Assembly: GCA_001767435.1 (NCBI GenBank)
Contig: MEKT01000037.1
Location: forward strand, 25,840-89,839
From: Acidobacteria bacterium RIFCSPLOWO2_02_FULL_65_29
Lineage (GTDB): Bacteria > Acidobacteriota > Vicinamibacteria > Vicinamibacterales > CAVVIG01
Direction of reading: 5' to 3'
DNA length: 64,000 nucleotides
Of this stretch, positions 9,370-18,537 are shown piece by piece. Below the pieces are notes generated by a model that searched no databases, was not told the origin of the DNA, and saw only the letters and a program-made list of their open reading frames with translations. Position numbers and translations under genes: made by a program. The number at the start of each line of letters is the position of its first letter. Position 1 is the first letter of the stretch.

Positions 9370-10815
9370 TCACCGACCCTGCTGGCCAAAAACGTCATCG
9401 ACCTTCAGCTCCACGATTGCGCCCAAATTCAGCGCGCGGATGCCGGGCTCGACCGTTTTCCTGTCGCCCACGACGACGACGGCGAACTTGTCGGGCGAGA
9501 GGTATTGTTGGGCGACGCGTTGCACATCGGCGGCGGTCACGGCCTGGATGCTCTGCACGTAGCGCGAATAGTAATCGTCGGGCAGCTTGAAGACGAGCAT
9601 GTCCTCGAGCCGCCGCGAGATGTCGCTTGTCGCCTCGAGGCTCGACGGGAAGCGCAGCGCGACGTAGTTTTTCGCGCGCGCCAGCTCGTCGGCGGGCACG
9701 GGTTTCAGCATCGCGTTGAGCTCGTTGAAGAATTCAGTCAGCGACTCCGAGGTCTTGTCCGTCTGCACGCCGGCCGCCGAGGTGAACGGGCCGGCGGTGA
9801 CCCGCATGTCGAAGTTCGATGTCGCGCCGTAGGTGTAGCCGTGTTTCTCGCGAAGGTTCAGGTTCAGCCTCGAGCTGAACGCGCCGCCGAGAACGGTGTT
9901 CATCACGAGAATCGGAAAGTAATCGGGGGTGGAACGGGGCACGCCAATCCAGCCGATCCGGATTTGCGACTGTGGCGCGTTCGGCTTGTCCACGATGTAG
10001 ACCACGCGCGTGACGGGCTGGCCGGTCGTGGTCGACCCCGCGCGGCCCCCCGCCGCCCCCGGCGGTTGCCATTTCCCGAAATTCGCCTCGAGCTGCGGCA
10101 GGACCTTGTCGGCGACGATGTCGCCGACGACGATGAGCGCGCCGTTCTCGGGCCGGAACAGGGTCGCGTAGAAGGACCGGAGATCCTCGGCCGTGAAGCT
10201 CTTGATGGTCTCTGCCGTTCCCATGGTCGCCGTGCCAAACCGGTGATCGCCTCCGTACAGGACCTTCGAGAACGCCAGCGACGCGATCGTCGAGGCGTCG
10301 TCTCTCGCCTGCAAGAGCGAGGTCAGTCGCTGCTGTCGGAGGCGTTCGAGCTCGCTCGGGGGAAACGTCGGCCGGAGCGCGACGTCGGCCATGATCGGCA
10401 GCGCGTCGGCCAATCGCGCGACGGGGACGTGCAGGCGGACGCCGATCGAGTTGATGGCGCTGGCCGCCGAGAGATCGGCGCCGAGAAAGTCGATGGCGTC
10501 CGCGATCTCGAGCGAGGATCGAGAGGCCGCGCCCTCGGCAAGCATGCTCGCCATCAGGCTCGCCACGCCGTATTTCCTGGCCGGGTCGTCGGCGCTCCCG
10601 CCAAGCACCAGCAGGTTCACCTGGACGACGGGCACCTCGTGGAGCTCGACCATCCACACGGGCAGGCCATTGGTCAGCTGCCGCTTCTGAATCGCGGGAA
10701 GCTTCAGCGCGGGTGCGGCGCCAGACGCCGGCGGCTTGCTACGGTCTGGCGCTTGCGCCGACACCCCGGCTGTCCCGGCAAGGAGTAGAACGAACGCGAA
10801 CACGGTGAGTTTCAT
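9370..10815 (-). CDS. M16 (pitrilysin) family peptidase, probably the non-catalytic partner
   Basis: 481-aa ORF with a signal peptide and M16-like architecture. No HxxEH motif seen. Confidence 0.8.
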   Translation of the reverse strand: MKLTVFAFVLLLAGTAGVSAQAPDRSKPPASGAAPALKLPAIQKRQLTNGLPVWMVELHEVPVVQVNLLVLGGSADDPARKYGVASLMASMLAEGAASRSSLEIADAIDFLGADLSAASAINSIGVRLHVPVARLADALPIMADVALRPTFPPSELERLRQQRLTSLLQARDDASTIASLAFSKVLYGGDHRFGTATMGTAETIKSFTAEDLRSFYATLFRPENGALIVVGDIVADKVLPQLEANFGKWQPPGAAGGRAGSTTTGQPVTRVVYIVDKPNAPQSQIRIGWIGVPRSTPDYFPILVMNTVLGGAFSSRLNLNLREKHGYTYGATSNFDMRVTAGPFTSAAGVQTDKTSESLTEFFNELNAMLKPVPADELARAKNYVALRFPSSLEATSDISRRLEDMLVFKLPDDYYSRYVQSIQAVTAADVQRVAQQYLSPDKFAVVVVGDRKTVEPGIRALNLGAIVELKVDDVFGQQGR

Positions 10816-10900
10816 ATCGGGGAACCTGTCTTACATCTCTTCTTCGTGTCTTGGTGGCCTGCCCGGTGGTCTGTTTCGTGCTGTCGTGTTTTCGTGGCTC

Positions 10901-12253
10901 TTATCGCCGTTGCCCCGGGTTTCCCTCGGGCACCACCGTCAGCTCCACGCGCCGATCCTTCGGCAGAAACTGCGCGGCGGCGGCGCGCACGTCGGTCGGC
11001 GACAACGAGCGGTACCGAGCCAGATCCTCGTTGAACCAGTCCGGGTTGCCGGTGTTGGTGTAGTACGCGTTCAGCTGATCGGCCTTGCCGCCGAAGCCGC
11101 CGACCCGTTCCATCCGACTGTAAAACGACGCCTCGTACTGGTTGAGCGCGCGTTCGACCTCACGGGTTGCCGGCGCCTCCGTCTGGAGCCGGGCGATCTC
11201 TTCGTCGATGATCGTCTGCAGCTCTCCGATCGTGTGTCCCGGTCGCGGCGTCGCCTCGATCACGAATGTGGACGCGAGCGCCATCGAGCCTTGAAACGCC
11301 TGGACACTCTGGGCGATCTGCAGGTCGTACACGAGCCGCTTGTAGAGTCGCGAGTTCTTGCCGCTGGTCAGGATCGACGAGACCACGTCGAGCGCGGCGT
11401 CGCCCGGCGCGTACAGCGCGGGCGTGAGCCACGCCAGGTAAAGACGCGGCAGCTGCACGCGGTCGGTGATCGTCTGTTTCTTCACGCTGGAGAGCGCCGC
11501 GCCCGGAATGGCCATCGGGTCGGGACGCGCGCCCGGCTTCACGTCGCCAAACCACTTTTCGACCAGCCTGCGCGCCGTCGCCGTGTCGATGTCGCCCGCC
11601 ACCGCGAGGCTTGCGTTGGATGGCGCGTAATACGTCTTGAAGAACGCCACCACGTCGTCGTAGCTCGCGGCCGTCAGATCCGGCATGTACCCGATGACGG
11701 GCCAGTGGTACGGATGGCCTTCGGGAAAGAGCATCTCGTTCAGCACGACGTCGGCCATGCCGTAGGGCTCGTTTTCGACGCGCTGGCGCCGCTCGTTTTT
11801 CACCACGTCGCGCTGGGCGTCCACGGTCTTGAGCGACATCGTGTCGAGCAGATAGCCCATCCGATCCGACTCGAGGAACAGCGCGAGCTCGAGCGCGTTC
11901 GAGGGGACGTTGATCCAGTAGTTGGTGCGGTCGTTGGACGTCGAGCCGTTGTTGTTGCCGCCGGCGCCTTCGAGCCACGAGTCGAACTCGCCCGGCGGCA
12001 CGTGGCCCGAGCCCATGAACATCAGGTGCTCGAACAGGTGCGCGAAGCCGGTGCGGCCCGTCTTTTCGCGCGCCGAGCCGACGTGGTACCAGACGTTCAC
12101 GCTCACGAGCGGCACGCTGTGGTCCTCGTGGAGAATCACCCGCAGGCCGTTCGGCAGCGTGAACTGCGTGTAGTCGAGTTGGATGGGCGCCGGCGTCTGA
12201 GCGGCGGCGGGCGCCGCCAGCGCCAAAGCGAGCATGCATGCGAAGCGTTTCAT
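10901..12253 (-). CDS. M16 (pitrilysin) family zinc peptidase
   Basis: Signal peptide; inverted zinc motif HLFEH (HxxEH) in GFAHLFEHLMFMGS. Confidence 0.9.
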   Translation of the reverse strand: MKRFACMLALALAAPAAAQTPAPIQLDYTQFTLPNGLRVILHEDHSVPLVSVNVWYHVGSAREKTGRTGFAHLFEHLMFMGSGHVPPGEFDSWLEGAGGNNNGSTSNDRTNYWINVPSNALELALFLESDRMGYLLDTMSLKTVDAQRDVVKNERRQRVENEPYGMADVVLNEMLFPEGHPYHWPVIGYMPDLTAASYDDVVAFFKTYYAPSNASLAVAGDIDTATARRLVEKWFGDVKPGARPDPMAIPGAALSSVKKQTITDRVQLPRLYLAWLTPALYAPGDAALDVVSSILTSGKNSRLYKRLVYDLQIAQSVQAFQGSMALASTFVIEATPRPGHTIGELQTIIDEEIARLQTEAPATREVERALNQYEASFYSRMERVGGFGGKADQLNAYYTNTGNPDWFNEDLARYRSLSPTDVRAAAAQFLPKDRRVELTVVPEGNPGQRR

Positions 12254-12342
12254 AGAGCCGATTCTACCTTGGGTGCAAGGGTGCGAGGGTGCCGGGGTAC
12301 GAGGGGGGCACGGGACTGTCGAATCTATGGTGAAATACGTTC

Positions 12343-12831
12343 ATGTCCGACACGCCCGTGCTGGTGGGCATCGTCATGGGAAGCCAATCCGATTGGGACA
12401 CGATGCGACAGGCCCACGAGATGCTGACGCGGTTCGGGGTAGCGCACGAGAACAGCGTGATGTCGGCCCACCGGTCGCCCGAGCTGACGGCGGGCTACGC
12501 CAAGACGGCGGCGAGCCGTGGCCTGGAAGTGCTCATCGCCGGTGCAGGCGGCGCGGCGCACCTGGCCGGCGTGGTCGCGGCGCACACGGTGCTGCCGGTG
12601 ATCGGTGTGCCGATGCCGAGCGGCTTGAACGGCCTGGACTCGCTGCTGTCCACGGTGCAGATGCCCATGGGCGTGCCGGTCGCCACCGTGGCCATCGGGC
12701 CGTCGGGCGCGGCGAACGCCGGCTTGCTTGCCGTCGCAATCCTCGCGACCTCGCGCCCCGCGTTGCGGGCCGCGTTGCAGGCGTATCGAGACGAGATGGC
12801 GGCCGAAGTCGGCCGCGCCACGATCTTGTAG
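12343..12831 (+). CDS. purE: 5-(carboxyamino)imidazole ribonucleotide mutase
   Basis: Diagnostic PurE sequence: [14 protein letters not shown] ... SAHRSPE ... [18 protein letters not shown] ... PVIGVP. Confidence 0.95.
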   Translation: MSDTPVLVGIVMGSQSDWDTMRQAHEMLTRFGVAHENSVMSAHRSPELTAGYAKTAASRGLEVLIAGAGGAAHLAGVVAAHTVLPVIGVPMPSGLNGLDSLLSTVQMPMGVPVATVAIGPSGAANAGLLAVAILATSRPALRAALQAYRDEMAAEVGRATIL

Positions 12832-12957
12832 ACCCGTGAGGCTCGGGGCTCAAGTCCTCAAATCTTCGGGTCTCTTCGTGGCTCTCTTTTTCGTGCTTTC
12901 GTGTTTTCGTGGCTCTTCTTCGTGCCTTCGTGTCTTCGTGGCCTATAATCCGCCAAC

Positions 12958-14163
12958 ATGACGACCAACCGCTGGCACCCCGTGATCGGTGGCGTCCTCA
13001 TGAACCTGGCGCTCGGGTCACTCTACGCTTGGAGCGTCTTTGTCGCCCCGCTCGAAAAAGAGTTCGGGTGGACGCGTACACAAACCTCGCGCACCTTCAC
13101 GATAGCCGTCGTCTGCTTCGCGCTGACGTTCATCTTCGCCGGACGTCTTCAGGACAGGAGGGGGCCGCGCCTCTGTGCCCTCCTCGGCAGCATTCTCGTC
13201 AGCGCGGGATTCGTGCTCACGAGCTTCACGAGCTCGCTCACCGCGCTCTATGTCCTCTTCGGCGTGATCGTCGGCATCGGCAACGGGTTCGGCTACTCGG
13301 CGCCGACGCCGGTGGGATCCAAGTGGTTTCCCGACAAGCGAGGCCTCGTCGTCGGGCTGATGGTCGGCGGGTATGGCGGCGGCCAGGCCATCTTCGGCTC
13401 GCTGGCCAACTACTGGCTCATCCCGACGTTCGGCTGGCGCGCGACGTTTCAGATTCTCGCGGCCGTGTTCATGGTGATGACCCTCGCCGGCACGGCGCTT
13501 CTGAAGAATCCTCCGCAGGGTTATCGGCCGCCGAACTGGACGCCGCCCGGCGGCGCCGCCTCGAGCGGCGCGGATTTCACGACACGCGAGATGCTCGCGA
13601 CGCCGACGTTCTACGCCTTGTGGATCGCCTATTGTCTGGGCGCGACGGCCGGCCTGATGACGATCAGCCAGCTCGTGCCGTTTGCCAACAGCGTGGGACT
13701 CGGCGCCAACGTGGCCACGATCGCCCTTGTTGTGAGCGCGGTCGGGAACGCGGGCGGACGGATTCTTTCGGGCGCCATGTCCGACAGGTTCGGACGCGTC
13801 GTCACGCTCAGGATCATGGTGCTCGCGTCGGCCATCGCGATGCCCTCGCTGTTTCTCTGGCGCGAGCAGGCCGTGCTGTTCTGGGGGCTCGTCGTGCTCG
13901 TCTACTGGTGCTACGGGACGCAGCTCTCGGTGTTCGCGTCGACGACGGCGGATTTTTTCGGGACGAAGAATTTCGGGATGAACTACGGCGTGCTGTTCAC
14001 CGCCTGGGGGGCGGCCGGCATCCTGGGCCCGCAGATCGCCGGCCGCGTCTACGACACGTTCGGCGACTACCGGTACGCGTTCTTTGCCACAGCCGGCCTC
14101 GCGCTCGTCGCGCTCGCGGCCCTGATGGCCGCCCGCACCCCGACTCGCGCGGCTGCGGCGTAG
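12958..14163 (+). CDS. MFS transporter (oxalate/formate antiporter-like family)
   Basis: 401-aa ORF with about 12 hydrophobic segments and an OFA-like N-terminus (GGVLMNLALGSLYAWSVFVAPLEKEFGW). Confidence 0.85.
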   Translation: MTTNRWHPVIGGVLMNLALGSLYAWSVFVAPLEKEFGWTRTQTSRTFTIAVVCFALTFIFAGRLQDRRGPRLCALLGSILVSAGFVLTSFTSSLTALYVLFGVIVGIGNGFGYSAPTPVGSKWFPDKRGLVVGLMVGGYGGGQAIFGSLANYWLIPTFGWRATFQILAAVFMVMTLAGTALLKNPPQGYRPPNWTPPGGAASSGADFTTREMLATPTFYALWIAYCLGATAGLMTISQLVPFANSVGLGANVATIALVVSAVGNAGGRILSGAMSDRFGRVVTLRIMVLASAIAMPSLFLWREQAVLFWGLVVLVYWCYGTQLSVFASTTADFFGTKNFGMNYGVLFTAWGAAGILGPQIAGRVYDTFGDYRYAFFATAGLALVALAALMAARTPTRAAAA

Positions 14164-14311
14164 AACGAGAACAGCGGTCGCACACTCCTTGAACGGAAAA
14201 GCCCAAGGGCTCGCTTACAGTCTTGTTCATCACTGTGCTATTTGCTAACAGCAGGGCAGCTCGGGCCGAACGAGGGCAAACGGGAGGCCATGCGCAATCA
14301 AATGTCGCAGA

Positions 14312-14815
14312 ATGCACATCAAGTCACCAGGTCGTGTTGGCACAACGCTTGATGAGTTGACCGCCTTGAGTCATCCGACTGTTCATGCCGTGCCGATGAG
14401 CGCTCTCGTACCTCACATTCGCGTCCGCGATGGCGATCGAGCTTCCACCGGCAAGGCAAGCGGTTCGGACGCCGAGTCGGTGCGAGCGGAGCTGAAAGCG
14501 ATGCTGGCGATCATCGACGCCTTCGTGAGCGTCCCGGACGAACGAATCCGCGCGAGGATGCTGGCCTGGACGTGCGAACGTTTTGGGGGAAGTTCAGGAA
14601 CGACGCCACGAGGCGCCACTGAATCGCCGTACGCACAAACTGCGCCGGTTGCCTCTCGGCCCGGTACGCAAGCGAAGCAGGAGCAGATATCAGTCGAGGG
14701 CCTCGAAGCTCTGTTCCACGAAGGCCGGCCGGGTCCAGGGCGATTTCCGCCGCCCACGTACCGGCGCCGGCGTCTTAGACCGACGCTGATGCTCCGATTC
14801 CGGTGGTGGACGTGA
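14312..14815 (+). CDS. Hypothetical protein (weak)
   Basis: Only the ORF supports it. Locally lower GC, no recognisable motif. Internal starts are possible (for example MSALVPH). Confidence 0.3.
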   Translation: MHIKSPGRVGTTLDELTALSHPTVHAVPMSALVPHIRVRDGDRASTGKASGSDAESVRAELKAMLAIIDAFVSVPDERIRARMLAWTCERFGGSSGTTPRGATESPYAQTAPVASRPGTQAKQEQISVEGLEALFHEGRPGPGRFPPPTYRRRRLRPTLMLRFRWWT

Positions 14816-14908
14816 GGGTCAGGCGACCTAGGCCTGTCCCACGAGCCAGATTCGGCCGATAACTTGCTGCGGGTTGAGTTCTAGTCTGCACCGCCTCCGC
14901 TCACGACG

Positions 14909-17161
14909 ATGAGCAGCCTCTGTCGTGATTCCACTCCCGACCTGGTGGGCCGCGCGGGCCAGGCCCGCGGACCGCTTTCGACGCACGCCGTCCACAAGGA
15001 CGTACACATTCTCGATCTCCTGGCGGTCATCTATCGGTACCGGCGCATGGCCTTCTCGGTCTTCATCTTGACCACGATCGCCCTGATGATCCAGGGCTAC
15101 TCGGGCGTCCGGTTGTACCAGGCTAAAGCGCAGCTCCTGATCGAAGACGAGCGCTCGACGGCGATGCCGGGCATTGCGACCGGCCAGTACTACGAGGATC
15201 CTGTCCCCTACTACAACACGCAGCACCGTATCTTGCGAAGCCGCGAGCTCGCGCGGCGGGTCGTGAGGCGCCTGCAGCTCGGAACACATCCCGAGTTCAA
15301 TGGCACCGCGACGCCTCCCGTCACACTCGTGACGGCGGTACGAGCGGCGGCCGCGCGGGCGCTGCGGGGCCTGACCTTGTTGTCCGCGGCTGTCGAAGAG
15401 GAAGCGCCCACACCCGACGAGACCCCCGCTGAAGCGGCGCTCGTGGGCAACTTCCTCTCCCGGGTCGTCGTCACACCGGTCCCTGACAGCAAGCTGGTGG
15501 ACGTGTTCTTCACGGCGGCGGACCCCGCGGTGACGGCTCTGGCGGCCACCACGCTCGCCGAGGAGTACGTCGCGCAGAATCTCGAACTGAAGCAGCAGAG
15601 CACGCAGAACATGCTCGAGTGGCTCGAGAACGAAGTGGCGGCCCAGCAGACGAAGGTCGAGCAGAGCGAGCGCGATCTCGCGGAATATCGCGAGATGGAA
15701 AACGCGATGTCGCTCGACGACAAGAACAACATCGTCGTGTCGCGTCTCAACGCACTCAACGAAGCGAGCATTAGGGCTCGCACGGTTCGGATCGAGAAGG
15801 AATCGGTCAACAACCAACTCAAGGCCATCCGCGACACAAGGTCGGTAGACGCCATTCCGGTCATCACACAGAATTTGCAGATTCAGGCGCTCAGGAATCA
15901 ACTCGGTGATTTACAGCGCCAGAAAGCCAATCTCACCGAGCGCTATGGCGACAAGCACCCCGAGATGGTGAAAGTCAACGCCCAGCTTGCCGACGGGCAG
16001 CGTCAGCTCGACGTGGGGACCGCGAAGGCGCTCGAGTCGGTCAGGAACGAATACGAACGTGCGCTGATCGAGGAGCGGACACTCGCCGCCCATCTGGAGG
16101 AAGCCAAGCGAGACGCGCAGGATCTGAGCCGTAAGAGCGTCGGCTACAACGTGTTGGAACGCGAGGCGAAAAGCCATCGCACGGTCTACGAGTCGCTCCT
16201 GCAGCGCACCAACGAGTTGCGCGTGTCGAGCAACAGCCGGGCGAACAACGTTCGGCTTGTCGAGCGGGGTGAAGTGCCGGGAAGTCCTGTGACCCCGTCG
16301 GGCCGGCGCACCTGGGGCCTGTCTGTCGTGGTGGGGTTGTTCGCCGCCATCGCCGTCGCCTATGGCCTCGATTACATGAACGACACCGTCAAGACGCCCG
16401 AGGACGTCACGCGGTTTCTGAAAATGACCTTCCTCGGTCTCGTGCCGTCGGTCCGCGGCGACAAGCATCCGCTGATGGCCTCGTGGGACACACCGAAGCA
16501 CTTCGGCGAAGCGTTCCGAAACCTGCGCACAGCGATCATCGCGCTGTATCCGGGCGACGGGCCGAAGACCATGGCCGTGACGAGCGCGCAGCCGCTCGAA
16601 GGCAAGACGACGACCGCGTGCAATATCGCGTTGGCGTTGGCCTACGGCGGAATGCGAGTCCTCTTGATCGACGCCGATCTACGCCGGCCCGGTCTACACC
16701 TGTCGCTCCGTCTGACAAACGAACGGGGGCTGTCGCACGTCCTGGGCGGGCGGGCTCGTCTACGCGACGTCATCCAGCGCACTGTCGATCTGAACCTATT
16801 TGCGATCACCGCCGGTCCCACACCGTCCGAGCCGTCGGAGCTGCTGGCTTCGGAGCGGATGAAGATGCTCCTGAGCAGTCTGGCGCAGGGGCCATTCGAC
16901 TGGATCATCATCGATACCCCTCCGGTGCTCGGGGTGAGTGACGCCGTCGTCCTTACACCCTTGGTTACCGGCGTCACGTTCGTGGTCGGTGCCGAAATGA
17001 CGCGACGGCAGGTGGCTGAGCACGCAATCGAAACCATTCTGTCGAGCCGGCCAAAGCTGCTTGGCGTCGTGCTCAACAAGGTCGACTTCGCTCGGAACAA
17101 GTACTACTATTCACGCTACTACGGCCGGCAGTACGAGAACCACTACGCTGAAGCGGTCTAG
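14909..17161 (+). CDS. Polysaccharide co-polymerase / bacterial tyrosine autokinase (Wzc/GumC-type)
   Basis: Wzz-like N-terminal TM segment, a long coiled-coil periplasmic region and a second TM segment. Walker A SAQPLEGKTTTACNIA; C-terminal Tyr cluster NKYYYSRYYGRQYENHY. Confidence 0.85.
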   Translation: MSSLCRDSTPDLVGRAGQARGPLSTHAVHKDVHILDLLAVIYRYRRMAFSVFILTTIALMIQGYSGVRLYQAKAQLLIEDERSTAMPGIATGQYYEDPVPYYNTQHRILRSRELARRVVRRLQLGTHPEFNGTATPPVTLVTAVRAAAARALRGLTLLSAAVEEEAPTPDETPAEAALVGNFLSRVVVTPVPDSKLVDVFFTAADPAVTALAATTLAEEYVAQNLELKQQSTQNMLEWLENEVAAQQTKVEQSERDLAEYREMENAMSLDDKNNIVVSRLNALNEASIRARTVRIEKESVNNQLKAIRDTRSVDAIPVITQNLQIQALRNQLGDLQRQKANLTERYGDKHPEMVKVNAQLADGQRQLDVGTAKALESVRNEYERALIEERTLAAHLEEAKRDAQDLSRKSVGYNVLEREAKSHRTVYESLLQRTNELRVSSNSRANNVRLVERGEVPGSPVTPSGRRTWGLSVVVGLFAAIAVAYGLDYMNDTVKTPEDVTRFLKMTFLGLVPSVRGDKHPLMASWDTPKHFGEAFRNLRTAIIALYPGDGPKTMAVTSAQPLEGKTTTACNIALALAYGGMRVLLIDADLRRPGLHLSLRLTNERGLSHVLGGRARLRDVIQRTVDLNLFAITAGPTPSEPSELLASERMKMLLSSLAQGPFDWIIIDTPPVLGVSDAVVLTPLVTGVTFVVGAEMTRRQVAEHAIETILSSRPKLLGVVLNKVDFARNKYYYSRYYGRQYENHYAEAV

Positions 17162-17190
17162 AAGATCGCCTCCCACCGCGTATCGGGGCC

Positions 17191-17354
17191 TAGCAGCCCG
17201 TGGTGAAAGTCTGGCTGCATTCGACGGGCGATGCATCCTCGCCGGCTGCGTTGCTCCTCGCTCACATACTCCCGGTATGCTCGGTCGTCGCGCCTTGCCG
17301 GCGAGGCGCCTCGCCCGTCTCGGTGCGACGCCAGACTTTCGCCACAGGCTGCTA
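17191..17354. mobile_element. MITE-like palindromic element, copy 1 (160 bp flanked by TA)
   Basis: Terminal inverted repeats gcagcccgtggtgaaagtctggc / gccagactttcgccacaggctgc, with internal arms also complementary. About 150 of 160 nt are identical to the copy at 22917-23076. Confidence 0.6.
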
Positions 17355-17404
17355 ATGGCAGACGTCTCGCCCGCCCGTGTCATGGCTCGCGACAGGAACG
17401 CTCG

Positions 17405-17433
17405 TTGACACGGCGCGCCGCCGGCTCTATATT
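17405..17433 (+). promoter_or_regulatory. Near-consensus sigma70-type promoter for the radical SAM operon
   Basis: TTGACA (17405-17410), exactly 17-nt spacer, TATATT (17428-17433). It lies about 110 nt upstream of the first operon ATG. Confidence 0.5.
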
Positions 17434-17544
17434 CAGCGCCCTGGTGATTTCTCGACACCCGTGGTCATCGTTGTGTTTCGGCGACACGGACGAGTGACAA
17501 GACGCGCGCAGTGACGCGGGACGAGATCCCGAGGTGGGCACAGG

Positions 17545-18522
17545 ATGAGCGTCCGATCCGTTCCGGGCGACGCGCTGGACACGATGCGCCGCACTGCGAT
17601 GACTCGCTCGCTGTTGGGACGGTTTCCATGGGCCGGCCAGTGGGAGCTGACATGCCGCTGCAACCTCAGATGTGTGATGTGCTACACGGACTGCTTCAAT
17701 ACGTCCGCACACGTCAGGCAGGAGCTCGCCACCGAGGACATCGTTCGTATTCTCGATGAACTGCAGGAAGCCGGATGCGTCGAGCTGACGTTCACCGGAG
17801 GCGAGCCGTTGTCGCGGCCCGATTTTCTGACAATTTACGGAGCCGCACACGAGCGCGGGTTTGTCCTCACCGTCTTCACCAACGGTACGTTGATTACGCC
17901 GGCCGTTGCCGACTGCTGGGCGCTCGCCCGGCCCAGGAGCGTCGAGATTTCTGTCCACGGTGTGTCGGCCCGGGTCTTCGACGGTGTGACTCGAGTTCCT
18001 GGATCGCTCGAGCGCTGCTTGGCGGGCATCGAGCTGGTGATGAGGCGGCGGATTCCAGTCGTTTTGAAAACGGTGGGGCTGATTTCGAATTGGCACGAGA
18101 TTCTGGCGATCAAACAGTTCGTCGACTCGCTCGGCGGCGCGACGTGGCGGTTCGGCCAGTACTTGCGTGACGACCTCGCTGGCACGAGTGCTCCGTTTCA
18201 GTTTCAGCTTCCCGAGGCGAGACTGCGGACGCTCGAGCAGCAGGACCGCGAGCTCTGGGAAGCCAAGTGCGGCGAGATCGCCTGGTCCGAGTCGATCGCG
18301 CACAAGACCTGCGGTGGCGGGCAGCTGACCTTTCACATCGACGCCTACGGCCAGCTTCAGCTGTGTTCGAACAATAGGCGAGGTGGCTACGACCTGCGCG
18401 CCGGCTCATTCCGTGCCGGCTTCGACGAGGTCCTGCCAACCTTGCCCTGTCAAGGCCGAACCAGGACTCATCCGGAGACCATGCCCCTGCACGTCACGCG
18501 GCCGCGGCGGACGGCGTCGTGA
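17545..18522 (+). CDS. Radical SAM protein A (C-terminal auxiliary-cluster region reduced or disrupted)
   Basis: CX3CX2C in ELTCRCNLRCVMCY and a GGEPL SAM-binding motif. Paralog of the ORFs at 20201 and 22218. Only CGGG...C...C remains in the C-terminal region. Confidence 0.85.
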   Translation: MSVRSVPGDALDTMRRTAMTRSLLGRFPWAGQWELTCRCNLRCVMCYTDCFNTSAHVRQELATEDIVRILDELQEAGCVELTFTGGEPLSRPDFLTIYGAAHERGFVLTVFTNGTLITPAVADCWALARPRSVEISVHGVSARVFDGVTRVPGSLERCLAGIELVMRRRIPVVLKTVGLISNWHEILAIKQFVDSLGGATWRFGQYLRDDLAGTSAPFQFQLPEARLRTLEQQDRELWEAKCGEIAWSESIAHKTCGGGQLTFHIDAYGQLQLCSNNRRGGYDLRAGSFRAGFDEVLPTLPCQGRTRTHPETMPLHVTRPRRTAS

Positions 18523-18537
18523 ACTCGAGGATTCTGA

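Noticed and set aside
14290-14352. 20-aa mini-ORF (MRNQMSQNAHQVTRSCWHNA) behind a GGGAGG
   Set aside because: The SD-like motif is only 2 nt from the ATG, there is no further support, and it overlaps the weak 14312 ORF.
17444-17497. 17-codon GTG ORF (MISRHPWSSLCFGDTDE) in the operon leader as an alternative precursor or leader peptide
   Set aside because: It has no RBS and a GTG start, and it would need leaderless initiation. Nothing in the sequence distinguishes it from chance, so it is kept only as a note.
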